Notes under the pieces: model-generated
What the model was told of the DNA's origin: nothing
The model's database searches: none
Seen by the model: the letters and a program-made list of their open reading frames with translations, nothing else
DNA from: Candidatus Omnitrophota bacterium
GTDB lineage: Bacteria > Omnitrophota > Gorgyraeia > Pluralincolimonadales > Pluralincolimonadaceae
NCBI GenBank assembly: GCA_041651455.1
Contig: JBAZJG010000001.1
Span: 13,173-77,172, forward strand
Length of the DNA: 64,000 bases
Direction: 5' to 3'
Shown here: piece after piece, positions 9,403 to 19,887 of the stretch
Layout: each line of letters opens with the position of its first letter
How positions within the stretch are numbered: position 1 is the first letter of the stretch
Program-made: the position numbers and the translations under genes

Positions 9403-10621
9403 GTTTAATATTAACAAGTCAATAAATCTGCTATTAAGCCAAGTAGTATATTCGGGGAAAAGTTTTCTAATAGCTTTTGTTTTGGCGAGATATTTTGATA
9501 AAGTTGCTTTCGGAATATTTTCTTTTGCAATGATAGGTTTAAATAATTATTTAGCTTTATTGACGGGCCTCGTATATGAACCACTGGCGATTCTCAAAAA
9601 TGAGGTAAAATCAGGATACTGTAATGTAGTCACTTATTTATTCAGGAAACAATGGCAGCTGAATCTTATCCTATGCCTATTACTGTTTTCACTCCTGTTG
9701 TTTAATATTTCCGGGCTAACAGCAAAGAGAATCACACTAATCTTTATATTATTTGTTCTGTCTCAATTGCATGAATTTTTTAAACGGGTACAATTAGGAC
9801 AACTTGATACAAAGGTGGCCCTCGCCTACGATTTAGCTGTTACCGTGTTTCAAGTAGGGTTCTTAGCACTGTATTTTCTGATGAAAAAGGTGGATCTTGA
9901 CAATGTATTCATTGCTCTTTCTCTTGGTTGTGTTCCGACGATCCTATTCGGGTTGATCAAGCATCCCGAAGTATTTGCCCCTCACAAGGCGATCAAAGAT
10001 ATATTTGCCCGTAGTTATTATAAATACGTAAAGCCGAATTTTATGTTCTTTATAGTGGGTTTTGCCTCAAACCAGTTCAATAATTTTGCTATATTTATGT
10101 TTCTTGGCAGCTCGAATTTGGCGAACTGCGAAGCAGTGCGTCTTACCATTATTCCTTTACACATAACGATTTTGGCGATGGGTAATATTCTTATACCATA
10201 TTTTTCGAAAAACTTGGCTGTATACGGGAAGGAAGAAACCGTTATTAAATTCAGGCACGTATTATCTCTTTCCTTAGTTATTTTTGGCATTTTCGCATTA
10301 TTTATGTTGGCGTCAGGGCCTGCTTTATTAACATATTTCTATGGCGCTAAATACCAAAACCAGCTTATTCTACTCGTCATATATACTTTTATATATGTAT
10401 TTGACGGGCTGACTATAATCCTGATTTCATTCATGAAATCCCTGGGATTGATAAATGAAGGCCTTCGCCGGAGGTTTATCGTAGCGATCCTTAATATAAT
10501 ATTAGTATTTCCATTATTGCACTATTATAAGGAAGCAGGCGGATTGTTTTCAATGATGGTTTCAAGCGCCATCATGGTAGTTATGTACTTTAAGATCTTA
10601 CGCAATAGAAAGCTCGTATAA
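9392..10621 (+). CDS. Multi-pass membrane protein, oligosaccharide flippase-like (MOP/Wzx family)
   Basis: 409 aa with about 10-12 TM helices. It lies next to glycosyltransferase genes. Confidence 0.45.
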   Translation: MIYKFNINKSINLLLSQVVYSGKSFLIAFVLARYFDKVAFGIFSFAMIGLNNYLALLTGLVYEPLAILKNEVKSGYCNVVTYLFRKQWQLNLILCLLLFSLLLFNISGLTAKRITLIFILFVLSQLHEFFKRVQLGQLDTKVALAYDLAVTVFQVGFLALYFLMKKVDLDNVFIALSLGCVPTILFGLIKHPEVFAPHKAIKDIFARSYYKYVKPNFMFFIVGFASNQFNNFAIFMFLGSSNLANCEAVRLTIIPLHITILAMGNILIPYFSKNLAVYGKEETVIKFRHVLSLSLVIFGIFALFMLASGPALLTYFYGAKYQNQLILLVIYTFIYVFDGLTIILISFMKSLGLINEGLRRRFIVAILNIILVFPLLHYYKEAGGLFSMMVSSAIMVVMYFKILRNRKLV

Positions 10622-10640
10622 TGAAGAGAATGAATAGAAA

Positions 10641-11849
10641 ATGAACGTATTGATGCCGATATATTCCTGCAATCCTGAAGGTGAGTCGGAGTCACTTGTT
10701 GGGTATAATTGGCTTGAGCAGATAAGCAAGCATCACAAGGTGTTCCTGATTACCGAGCTGAGATATAAGAAAGCTTTGGAAGCCAGGCCAACTGAAAATA
10801 TTGTTTATAACTATGTTTCTGTTCCCCATTTCTGGGATCTGGAAATATTTAGCGCATTTCCACCAGCGTATTTTATTTTTATGATAAAAGCTTATATTGT
10901 GGCAAAGCGGATAGTAAAAAATGAAAAAATCGATTTAATCCACAGAATAACTCCAATAGCATTTCGTTTCCCGGATATAATTACTAACATAAAATTGCCT
11001 TATATTATTGGTCCAGTTGGTGGAGGGCTAAAGCCGCTAAAATCGTTTCAAGGTGTTTTCAAAAAGGAAAGCCCTGTATATGCATTAAGGACCTTCGATT
11101 CGTTAAGATTCGCATTGGACCCTTTCTTAATAAGAACATACAATCGAGCGACAAGTATTCTTGTGATAGGAAAGTACCTTTATGATGTATTCCCGAAGGA
11201 GTATCATAAAAAGACAAAAGTATATTGTGAGGCTACAATTGATTCGAGAAAGTATAACTATGTACCTGAAAGGAGTAACAATATAATTGAGCTATTGTAT
11301 GTAGGTAGGTTTATACCGTTAAAGGCGGTGAGCCTGCTTATTAGGGCATTAAAAATATTAAAAGATGAGAATAGTATAATTGAATATCGCCTAACACTGA
11401 TTGGTGGAGGCGGGGAGTATTATAAATATTGTGTGAATCTTGCAAAGGAATTGGGAATTTCATCAAACCTCAAATTTATGGGGAGAATAAAACGTAGCGA
11501 AATAATCGAATACTATCAAAAATGCGACATATTTTGTTTTCCCAGCTTGAAGGAGACGTCTGGAAATGTTGTACTGGAGGCAATGAGTTGCGGGATTCCG
11601 GTAATTGTTGCGGATAGAGGTGGGCCGGCTGAGATCGTAGATAGTGGCTGCGGAATCAAGATTCCCGTAACGAATGAAGATGAATTTATCGTCCGGTTGA
11701 AGGATGCCATTGTGTTGTTAGCTCAAGATAAGGAATTGCGCCACTTTTATGCCGCTAATGCCCGAAAAAGGATCGAACAGCTATACGATAACAACAATAT
11801 CGGCGAGCAAATCACGGAGATCTATAAAGACGCCCTGACCCATGCATAA
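10641..11849 (+). CDS. Family 4 glycosyltransferase (GT4, GT-B fold)
   Basis: The C-terminal half carries the GT4 EX7E region (FCFPSLKETSGNVVLEAMSCGIPVIVADRGGPAEIV). Confidence 0.8.
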   Translation: MNVLMPIYSCNPEGESESLVGYNWLEQISKHHKVFLITELRYKKALEARPTENIVYNYVSVPHFWDLEIFSAFPPAYFIFMIKAYIVAKRIVKNEKIDLIHRITPIAFRFPDIITNIKLPYIIGPVGGGLKPLKSFQGVFKKESPVYALRTFDSLRFALDPFLIRTYNRATSILVIGKYLYDVFPKEYHKKTKVYCEATIDSRKYNYVPERSNNIIELLYVGRFIPLKAVSLLIRALKILKDENSIIEYRLTLIGGGGEYYKYCVNLAKELGISSNLKFMGRIKRSEIIEYYQKCDIFCFPSLKETSGNVVLEAMSCGIPVIVADRGGPAEIVDSGCGIKIPVTNEDEFIVRLKDAIVLLAQDKELRHFYAANARKRIEQLYDNNNIGEQITEIYKDALTHA

Positions 11850-13017
11850 AATATCCGGTATTCGGCTGGCTTTAGTCAACCTTGTTACGCAAACCGCGCT
11901 AACTCGAATAAAGGCGCCACTTGTAAAATCTAATAAAGACGCCATGATCGTCTCTTTTGCGGCTGCCCTAAACAAACAAGGCGTGGCGACGGATCTATTT
12001 GTATCGGATGCGTATAAACCCGAAAACAATGAAGATATCGGCGTCAATGTATATTATCTTCCCACTAAATGGAAACGGGTATTTTGGCCTTCATGTATCC
12101 CGCTTACGCCGGGGCTTATCAGGATGCTCAAGGATAGATATGACGTGGTGGTTTGTTCGGAATTATTTCAGATTGCAACGGTCCTTGCCGTGATAGCAAA
12201 AATTCTTGGCAGGAGAAAGATGAAGATCGTTGTATGGCAGGAGATGGCGCGGCATCAGAGGATTATGGGGCAGCTTATATCAAAGATATACCATGCAGTT
12301 GTTGTAAGGTATTTCATGGATAGGCATATCGATCTTTATATCCCTCGCGGAGAATTGGCAAGACGATTCCTTTTAAGCCAGGGGATCAAAGAAGGCAAGA
12401 TTTCCGACATTATTCCACACGGAGTAGATGCAGACAAGTTCTACTATGATCCTGAGGTGAGAAAAGAGCGCTATATTATTTCGCCTTCCAGGTTAGTATA
12501 TTCAAAGGGCGTGGACGTTCTATTGAAAGCATTTGAAATTGTGTTAAAGGAAATCCCGGATGTACGGCTCATCATTCAAGGCGACGGGCCACAACTAGAG
12601 GAATATAAACAACTTGCCAAAGAGGCCAGGATTGACAAACAGGTCATTTTTAGTACCGAACGGATATCTCACAATGAAATGCGGCAGAAATACCAGAGAG
12701 CGCTGGTGACAGTTATTTGCTCTCGTAAGGATTTGATGATTTTTAGCGCAATGGAAAGCCTCGCTTGCGGAACGCCTGTTATTATTTCAAACGGAGCGGA
12801 TAGTTACACGAATTATCTTGACGGAAAGGGAGGAGTTGTATTCGCCTCAGGCGATTATAGTTCGCTGGCAGGAGTGATTTCATATTTGTTAAAGGACGAT
12901 AAATATCGAAAGGATATGGTTGGATTTGCGCTGGAAAAAGCAAAATATTACAGTAACGAGTACTTATCCGCTTTATTTATAGAAACGATCAGCCAGAAAC
13001 AGGGAAAATCTAAATGA
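11842..13017 (+). CDS. Family 4 glycosyltransferase (GT4)
   Basis: C-terminal motif ICSRKDLMIFSAMESLACGTPVIISNG. GT-B fold. Confidence 0.75.
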   Translation: MHKISGIRLALVNLVTQTALTRIKAPLVKSNKDAMIVSFAAALNKQGVATDLFVSDAYKPENNEDIGVNVYYLPTKWKRVFWPSCIPLTPGLIRMLKDRYDVVVCSELFQIATVLAVIAKILGRRKMKIVVWQEMARHQRIMGQLISKIYHAVVVRYFMDRHIDLYIPRGELARRFLLSQGIKEGKISDIIPHGVDADKFYYDPEVRKERYIISPSRLVYSKGVDVLLKAFEIVLKEIPDVRLIIQGDGPQLEEYKQLAKEARIDKQVIFSTERISHNEMRQKYQRALVTVICSRKDLMIFSAMESLACGTPVIISNGADSYTNYLDGKGGVVFASGDYSSLAGVISYLLKDDKYRKDMVGFALEKAKYYSNEYLSALFIETISQKQGKSK

Positions 13018-14459
13018 ACTATAGAAATACCTTTTTGACGCTATCAATCGCAGTTATAGCGTCAATATTGTTTGCGAACCAATTCCTTGACATAACAGAA
13101 ATAGTTTATGCCATTTACAATAGTTCCGCAGTTGCGAGAATACTGCCCTTCATAGTTGTATTATTTGTGTTTTGGCTGTTGCTCGCCGTATTTGTTTATT
13201 TCCTGGTCTTATCGCTAATAAAAACACAACTCGGGTTATATTTTGTAATACTGGTACTGCCAATGAGCGCCCTGCCGTTTATTTTATTGGGGTATCCTCA
13301 AGCCGTATTAAATTGGTCGTTTATGTGCCGGTCATCGGTGGTTGTGTTCGCGTTGATGATATCTATATTTTGGATGATAAGAACTTCTTTATCGGAAAGG
13401 CAACAAATACGGCTGCCATACCTTGGAAGCATAATTATATTTATTGCCCTGTATTCAATACACATAATAGGAATCGGCCCTGAGCTGAGGTTAAGCGTAA
13501 TTCAATCAATATTCGTGTTATTGTCAGTCAGTATTTTCTTTTATTTTATTATTAATTATGTAAAGGGTTATATCGAGATATATGGAATCGTCAAGGTCAT
13601 GGCCATTTCATGTATCCTTCAAGCCATATTATCTTTTTTCAGTTATTACTATTATGTAGCCATTAAAGGAGAGAGTATTTATAGCTTTAGCGGTTTTTTG
13701 CGTGATTATGAACTATTTGCCGAATACCTGGCTATTCATGTCCCGATTATATTATTTGTAATACGCAAGGAGACAGGAATATCAAAGAAAGTATTTACCG
13801 GCGGTTTGGTATTGGTAATCTTCGTATTAATAGCTACATTTAGCAGAGGGCCATTAGTTTCATTATTTATCGGGATGGTATATTACTTTATTCATTTAAG
13901 GAAAGTCGAAAAGCTGTCGGGTATATTCAAATCAATCCTACTGGGTGTATTTATGATCGGTATTATGTTATTCGCTGTTTATATGCTATTACCCGCTTCA
14001 GCGCGAATAATAGAACGGTTTCTTGCTACCGATCTTAGCACAATGGATACGAGAAGGGATGTCTGGTTAAGGTTTGGCGATTATTTTGCAGAAAAACCAA
14101 TTATAGGATACGGCATGTTTTATGATATACGAAGCGCCAAGTTGTTCTGGCCTCACAGCACTTATTTATTTTACCTTTTAACATTAGGGATCTGCGGCTT
14201 GCTGAATTACCTGATATTTTTATTCGGGATTATAAGAAAAGGACTTGAAAGCGCAAGAATAAGCCATTCAATTCCCCAATATTATGAGTTGACTATAACA
14301 TTGAATTCCGCTCTCATAGTGTTTATTATTGATGGCTTGAAGGTAGATTATCAGAGGTATTCTAATTATCAAATGTTTATATGGTTGATATTTGCGCTCG
14401 TTGTCTGTTTGAATATTATTACTAAAGAAAAATACATAGAAAGGTGTAATAAAAAATGA
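13014..14459 (+). CDS. O-antigen ligase/polymerase family membrane protein (Wzy-like)
   Basis: 481 aa with more than 10 TM helices. It contains the Wzy_C-like loop (ATFSRGPLVSLFIG). Confidence 0.6.
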   Translation: MNYRNTFLTLSIAVIASILFANQFLDITEIVYAIYNSSAVARILPFIVVLFVFWLLLAVFVYFLVLSLIKTQLGLYFVILVLPMSALPFILLGYPQAVLNWSFMCRSSVVVFALMISIFWMIRTSLSERQQIRLPYLGSIIIFIALYSIHIIGIGPELRLSVIQSIFVLLSVSIFFYFIINYVKGYIEIYGIVKVMAISCILQAILSFFSYYYYVAIKGESIYSFSGFLRDYELFAEYLAIHVPIILFVIRKETGISKKVFTGGLVLVIFVLIATFSRGPLVSLFIGMVYYFIHLRKVEKLSGIFKSILLGVFMIGIMLFAVYMLLPASARIIERFLATDLSTMDTRRDVWLRFGDYFAEKPIIGYGMFYDIRSAKLFWPHSTYLFYLLTLGICGLLNYLIFLFGIIRKGLESARISHSIPQYYELTITLNSALIVFIIDGLKVDYQRYSNYQMFIWLIFALVVCLNIITKEKYIERCNKK

Positions 14460-15589
14460 AAAAAGCATTAAGCATATTATTTATACTTTTGTCTTCCAGT
14501 AATATAAATTGTCATGCGCGAGAGATATATGTGTCGAAGGCAATTAATCTATTTGACGTAAATGATGGCGGAAAGGTTGTCTTTAATACTATACAGGAAG
14601 CAGTAGAAAGGGCGAGGCCCGGGGATATTGTCACTATCCGGGAAGGAGTGTATTATGAAAATGTAAGTATGAAGACCAGCGGAAATGAGGATGACCGGAT
14701 TACTGTAAAAAGCCATAAAGATGAAAAAGTAATTATAAATGGCAGCCTGAAAAATGAACCCGCTTTCAAGATAGAAAATGCAAAATATATAGTTATTGAC
14801 GGCCTGGAATTCATTGAAGCTAAAAAGTATGGGATTGTTGCGCTAAATTCTTCTTACGTTAGGATTACAAATTGCATGGCATACGATAATCAGTGGGAAG
14901 GATTTTTAGGTTTACATGCAAGCAATGTTGAATTTATCGCGTGCATAGGTCATGACAATATCTGTGATTCATTTAATTTTAATGATTGCAAAGATTCTAT
15001 AATGCGGGATTGTATACAATATAACGGCGGGAATGGTTTAAGCATAGAACGCCAGAGCAAAAATATTATTGTTGAAAAATGCTTATTTTACAATAACTGG
15101 GCCGATGCTATATTGGTTTATAAAGAAAGCGAGAGCATTCTTTTGAAAGATAATATCATATATGATTGCCATTACAAAGATCCTCTCGATAATGGGCAGG
15201 GGCATGGAATGAAAATTACTCACGGTAATAATAACGTAATGGTTATCAACAATAAGATAGCAAAGTGTACAGCCGCAGCAATATATGAAATTGCTGATAA
15301 TGGTCCCAATATCATTTACGATGGCAATATATTTAGCGAGATTGGGGCGAGGATACCAAAGGTGCCTAAGAAAGCATGGAAGGACGATATTATATATAAG
15401 GGGAGCGGGGATTATCCAAAATTTATTGGGTGCGCCTGGTATAACTTAAAAGAAATTGAGAAAAATTGCTGGGGCAAAGGGAATCGATACGACGATTCTG
15501 AGATTATAAAAATAGAAAATAAAATCAAAGAGTTAAAAAGCAGAGGGATTATCGCGGATAAAGAAGATGAAAATCCTTCAAATAAATAA
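14456..15589 (+). CDS. Secreted right-handed parallel beta-helix protein (pectate-lyase fold; putative polysaccharide-modifying enzyme)
   Basis: A signal peptide is followed by repeated NxxxxxN/G beta-helix rungs (ITNCMAYDNQWEG..., IACIGHDNICDS..., CIQYNGGNGLS..., CLFYNNWAD...). Confidence 0.6.
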   Translation: MKKALSILFILLSSSNINCHAREIYVSKAINLFDVNDGGKVVFNTIQEAVERARPGDIVTIREGVYYENVSMKTSGNEDDRITVKSHKDEKVIINGSLKNEPAFKIENAKYIVIDGLEFIEAKKYGIVALNSSYVRITNCMAYDNQWEGFLGLHASNVEFIACIGHDNICDSFNFNDCKDSIMRDCIQYNGGNGLSIERQSKNIIVEKCLFYNNWADAILVYKESESILLKDNIIYDCHYKDPLDNGQGHGMKITHGNNNVMVINNKIAKCTAAAIYEIADNGPNIIYDGNIFSEIGARIPKVPKKAWKDDIIYKGSGDYPKFIGCAWYNLKEIEKNCWGKGNRYDDSEIIKIENKIKELKSRGIIADKEDENPSNK

Positions 15590-16793
15590 ATATTTATATC
15601 CAAAGGGCGGCGATGCCATCTGTGCTTTAGCAACAGGAGATCTGCTTCTGTCAAAAGGGCATGAGGTTGTATTCTGGGGCATGAAGGATGAAAAGGACCC
15701 GCCGTATCCGCACCATGATATTTTCGTTGATAAGATTGATTTGAGTTCGGCAGCAGGTATAAAACAACAATTTGAGGTTGCGGGGAAATTGCTATATTCG
15801 CTTGAGGCGAAAGCAAAAATCGAGAAACTGATCCAACGAATCGGGAAGCCGGATATCGTACATCTTCATAACTTCGCCCATCAAATATCGCCATCGATAT
15901 TACATGTCTTTAGGAAGCATAAAATTCCCTGCGTCATGACTGCGTATGATTACAAATTGGTTTGCGCATCATATGCTTTGCTGTCAAACGGTAAGCTTTG
16001 CGATAAATGCGCAGGCGGCGCCTATATCAATTGTATATTTGAAGGATGCGTAAAGGAATCCAGGTCGAAGAGCATGCTGAACGCATTTGAGATGTACCTG
16101 CATCATAGAGTATTGCATATTTATGACATAATAGATGCATATATTTCACCAAGCAAGTATTTAAAAAATAAGCTTGAGGAAATGGGTTTCAGTAGACGTA
16201 TTGAGTATTTGCCAAACTTTGTTTGCTTTGAAGAGTATCAGCCAAACTATAAATGGGAAGATAGGTCAATTGTATATTTTGGGAGAATTTCGAAAGAGAA
16301 GGGTTTATCGACACTTATTGAAGCCGTAAAATTATGCCCGGATATAACGCTTAAGATTATCGGAGATGGTCCGTTAAGAGAAAGCCTAGAATCAAGTATA
16401 CGAAGTGCAGGAGTTAATAATATAGTATTTTTGGGGCACATGACCGGCGATAATTTAAAAACGGAAATTAGAAAATCAATGTTTGTGGTTCTTCCTTCGG
16501 AATGGTATGAAAATAATCCTCGTTCAATTATCGAGGGATTTGCCCTTGGAAAGCCAGTCCTAGGCTCCCGGATCGGAGGAATTCCAGAGCTTGTAATAGA
16601 CAATGAAACAGGACTGTTGTTCAAATCTGGTGATTCTGAGGATTTGCGGGAGAAAATAAGGGAGTTAACAGCAACACCCGAAAAAATTATCCAAATGGGG
16701 AAGAATGCTAGAAAAAAGGTAGAATATGAGTATAATTCAAATAAATATTACAATGGCCTAATGCGGATTTATAATAGCGCAATAAATAAATGA
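15567..16793 (+). CDS. Family 4 glycosyltransferase (GT4)
   Basis: C-terminal motif VVLPSEWYENNPRSIIEGFALGKPVLGSRIGGIPELV. GT-B fold. Confidence 0.8.
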   Translation: MKILQINKYLYPKGGDAICALATGDLLLSKGHEVVFWGMKDEKDPPYPHHDIFVDKIDLSSAAGIKQQFEVAGKLLYSLEAKAKIEKLIQRIGKPDIVHLHNFAHQISPSILHVFRKHKIPCVMTAYDYKLVCASYALLSNGKLCDKCAGGAYINCIFEGCVKESRSKSMLNAFEMYLHHRVLHIYDIIDAYISPSKYLKNKLEEMGFSRRIEYLPNFVCFEEYQPNYKWEDRSIVYFGRISKEKGLSTLIEAVKLCPDITLKIIGDGPLRESLESSIRSAGVNNIVFLGHMTGDNLKTEIRKSMFVVLPSEWYENNPRSIIEGFALGKPVLGSRIGGIPELVIDNETGLLFKSGDSEDLREKIRELTATPEKIIQMGKNARKKVEYEYNSNKYYNGLMRIYNSAINK

Positions 16794-16802
16794 GGGAGAT
16801 TA

Positions 16803-17810
16803 ATGAAGAATATCGTCCAAGCTAGTTTAATTACTACATTTCGTTGTAATGCGCGCTGCCATATGTGCAACATCTGGGAATATCCGACAAAGCCCGAAGA
16901 AGAGCTGTCCGCGAAATATTATGAAAAACTGCCTGATGGAATGAGAATAAATATCACCGGTGGAGAGCCGACGTTAAGGAAAGATATAAATGAAATATTT
17001 CAGATTCTTTATCCAAAAGCCAGTCTTCTGGAATTAAGCACAAACGGTTATTACACAGATAAAATTGTATCGCTTGCGAATAAATACCCGAATATTTTGA
17101 TTCGTGTAAGTCTCGAGGGACTTCCAGCTTTAAACGACAAGTTAAGAGGCACAAAAGACGGATTTGATCATGCGTTGCGCACGATGCTTGAACTGAAAAA
17201 AACCAAATGCAGAAATATAGGATTTTCAATAGTGATAAATGATAAAAATATGGATGATCTAATAAGCTTATACGAATTATGCTGCTATCTCGATGTCGAA
17301 TTGGGTAATTCAGTTATGCACAATTCGTGGTATTTCCACAAGACAGATAACGCCATAGTTGATAGGGACAAAACAGTCCGGATAGAAGAAGAGTTCATTA
17401 AGGCAATGCTCCAATCGAAACGTAGGGGGTTCAGGGGCAAGCTAAAGGATTATGGCAGGGCTTATTTCAATAAAAGCATTTTAAGAAGATTCCAGGGTGA
17501 TTGTGTTAATTATCGCCCGCCATGCGGCGCCTTGGAGGATTTCTTCTTTATAGATCCTTCCGGGAACGTAACACCATGTAATGGTTCTGAAGAAGAGTGG
17601 ATCATCGGGAACATTAAAGAGGATACGTTTGAGAATATCATTAACTCTGAAAGAGCCAAGGAGATACTGAAAATAATCAAATCCTGCCAAAGGGAGTGCT
17701 GCTTTATTGTTACAGAACGTCACGATATGGTAAGAAAACCGTGGAAGCCCATATATTGGGTAATAAACAATAAGATCAGGCTTAGCATGAACAAGCCCAC
17801 TCAACTGTAG
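16803..17810 (+). CDS. Radical SAM enzyme with C-terminal SPASM/twitch-type auxiliary Cys cluster
   Basis: The CNARCHMC motif (CxxxCxxC) lies 14 residues from the N-terminus. The C-terminal Cys-rich region is CVNYRPPCGALEDFFFIDPSGNVTPCNG...CQRECC. Confidence 0.85.
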   Translation: MKNIVQASLITTFRCNARCHMCNIWEYPTKPEEELSAKYYEKLPDGMRINITGGEPTLRKDINEIFQILYPKASLLELSTNGYYTDKIVSLANKYPNILIRVSLEGLPALNDKLRGTKDGFDHALRTMLELKKTKCRNIGFSIVINDKNMDDLISLYELCCYLDVELGNSVMHNSWYFHKTDNAIVDRDKTVRIEEEFIKAMLQSKRRGFRGKLKDYGRAYFNKSILRRFQGDCVNYRPPCGALEDFFFIDPSGNVTPCNGSEEEWIIGNIKEDTFENIINSERAKEILKIIKSCQRECCFIVTERHDMVRKPWKPIYWVINNKIRLSMNKPTQL

Positions 17811-17815
17811 TTTCT

Positions 17816-18916
17816 ATGAAAATCGTATTTGTTGGCACTCGCGGGTTACCGAATGTCCAAGGTGGTGTTGAAAAGCACTGCGAGGAATTAACGAAACATT
17901 TGGCCAGGCTGGGTTGTGATGTCACAGTACTAACAAGAGCGCCTTACGTAGATTGCTCAATAGCCAGTCATAATAGTGTTAAGCTAATTCATTTGCCCGC
18001 AATAAGGAACAAATTCCTTGAAGCATATTGCCATACCTTCTACGGGATTATTGTGGCACGGAAGCTAAACCCGGATATTTTACATATTCAAGCCATTGGA
18101 CCAGGATTTTTCTGCCTATTTGCACGCATACTAGGTTTAAAAGTTGTCCTGACCAGCCATGGATCGAATTACAAACACCAAAAATGGGGTAGATTCTCGC
18201 GGTCATTTTTAAAATTCTGCGAGTACATGGGGGTTAGTTACGCTAATAAAGTTATTGCAATATCACAGAATATTGCGAACGAGATAAAAACTCAATATAA
18301 CCGGGAAGCGAAGGTTATACCTAATGGAGTAGAGATTCCTCAGGTTGAAGCTGAAAGCAATACCCTGGATGAATATGGATTGGAAAACAAGAAATACATA
18401 ATTGCTGTTGGAAGGTTTGTGGCAGGTAAAGGGTTCGAGGACTTGATCGAGGCTTTCGGCAGAGCATCGCTATCTTCATTCAAGCTGGTGATTGCCGGAG
18501 ATGCGGACGTAGAGGATGATTACAGCCGAGAACTGAAGGAACGGGCAAGACGGATGCCAAACGTTGTATTAACTGGTTTTATTACAGGTAAACCGTTGAA
18601 GGAGCTTTATAGCCATGCCGGGCTGTTTGTACTACCTTCCTATTATGAAGGCCTGCCGATAGCGCTGCTTGAGGCGATGAGCTACGGGCTGTCTTGCATA
18701 GTGTCGGATATACCCGCTAACAGGGAAGTTGGACTTGCCGAGGAAAGGTATTTTAATCCGGGAGACATCAAAGGGCTCTCGGATAAGATAAGGGAATTTG
18801 CCGCGAAGCCGTTAAGCGAAGAGGAAAAGTCCCGCCAGATAGCACTGATAAGAGAAAACTACGATTGGGATAAGATTGCCAAAGAGACCCTCCAGGTATA
18901 TCGCGATATCCTTTAA
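17816..18916 (+). CDS. Family 4 glycosyltransferase (GT4)
   Basis: N-terminal KIVFVGTRGLPNVQGGVEKH and C-terminal FVLPSYYEGLPIALLEAMSYGLSCIVSDIPANREV. Confidence 0.8.
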   Translation: MKIVFVGTRGLPNVQGGVEKHCEELTKHLARLGCDVTVLTRAPYVDCSIASHNSVKLIHLPAIRNKFLEAYCHTFYGIIVARKLNPDILHIQAIGPGFFCLFARILGLKVVLTSHGSNYKHQKWGRFSRSFLKFCEYMGVSYANKVIAISQNIANEIKTQYNREAKVIPNGVEIPQVEAESNTLDEYGLENKKYIIAVGRFVAGKGFEDLIEAFGRASLSSFKLVIAGDADVEDDYSRELKERARRMPNVVLTGFITGKPLKELYSHAGLFVLPSYYEGLPIALLEAMSYGLSCIVSDIPANREVGLAEERYFNPGDIKGLSDKIREFAAKPLSEEEKSRQIALIRENYDWDKIAKETLQVYRDIL

Positions 18917-18935
18917 AAGACTTCCTGTATTTCTG

Positions 18936-18968
18936 CTTGACAAGGCATTATTCTAAAAGGTAGAATAT
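18936..18968 (+). promoter_or_regulatory. Sigma70-like promoter candidate upstream of the first PEP-CTERM gene
   Basis: TTGACA at about 18937-18942, then an 18-nt spacer, then TAGAAT at about 18961-18966. Confidence 0.45.
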
Positions 18969-19029
18969 TACCACATGAAACAAGCCTGCCTGAGTGGGGG
19001 ACCGGCATTGGCAATCGGAGGAAACTACG

Positions 19030-19746
19030 ATGCGGAAAATTGCCTTTTCGGTTCTTTTTTTATGCCTGATTTCCAACCTTGCTATAGCTGATATATCAAC
19101 AATAGTGCTCCAACCGGGCCCTACGGATGGGAAAGATTCCATGGTCTCGGGAGCGGTGCCTAACCTCAACTATAGCCCATCAACCGGCAATTACTTCGGG
19201 ACATTCGAGAGGAACCAGGCCCTGCATGACGGGATATACAATGCCAACCATTCATTTGCGCTATATCAATTCGGGATGCCGTCGGTGCTCACCGGCCAGG
19301 ATATACTGAGCGCGACGTTCGAAGTGTATATATGCAACAACGTAATCAACACGAGCGGCGCAACAGGATATAAGACGCTGGGAGCGAACCGGATCACGAG
19401 CAATTGGGATGAATGGGCGGTGACGTGGAATACGAGGCCGTCAGAAGACACCTCCGTGATAGATTATTCGAATAATTTCTATGGCTACAATGCCTGGGCC
19501 TCATTTGATGTGACAAATTTCGTGGAAGGATGGGTCTCGAACCCGGCATCGAACTACGGGATGTACGTGAAAGACCCATGGACGACATATTACAGCTACA
19601 CGTGCCTGCAATCATCGGACTATAGTAACGCAACGTACCGTCCGAAGCTCACTATAACCTATAACGTTGTCCCGGAGCCGTGCAGTATGATATTATTTAC
19701 TGTAGGGGGAAGCGTCTTGTTCCTCCGACGTAGAATCCGCAAATAA
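19030..19746 (+). CDS. PEP-CTERM sorting-domain protein 1 (N-terminal domain resembles DNRLRE/CBM-like)
   Basis: Signal peptide MRKIAFSVLFLCLISNLAIA. The C-terminus NVVPEPCSMILFTVGGSVLFLRRRIRK* has the VPEP motif, a TM helix and an Arg cluster. Confidence 0.85.
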   Translation: MRKIAFSVLFLCLISNLAIADISTIVLQPGPTDGKDSMVSGAVPNLNYSPSTGNYFGTFERNQALHDGIYNANHSFALYQFGMPSVLTGQDILSATFEVYICNNVINTSGATGYKTLGANRITSNWDEWAVTWNTRPSEDTSVIDYSNNFYGYNAWASFDVTNFVEGWVSNPASNYGMYVKDPWTTYYSYTCLQSSDYSNATYRPKLTITYNVVPEPCSMILFTVGGSVLFLRRRIRK

Positions 19747-19771
19747 TACATAAAAATAGCAAGTAAATTTA

Positions 19772-19802
19772 GTTGACAAAAACCCTCATTCTGGTACAAT
19801 AA
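19772..19802 (+). promoter_or_regulatory. Sigma70-like promoter candidate upstream of PEP-CTERM gene 2
   Basis: TTGACA at about 19773-19778, then a 16-nt spacer, then TACAAT at about 19795-19800. Confidence 0.45.
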
Positions 19803-19887
19803 CCACGTTGCTTCAGAGTTTACCCACCAGTGATATTTTCTGAATTCTTATAGTACACCGTCGTACTAATATTCGGAGTAAAAAAAT

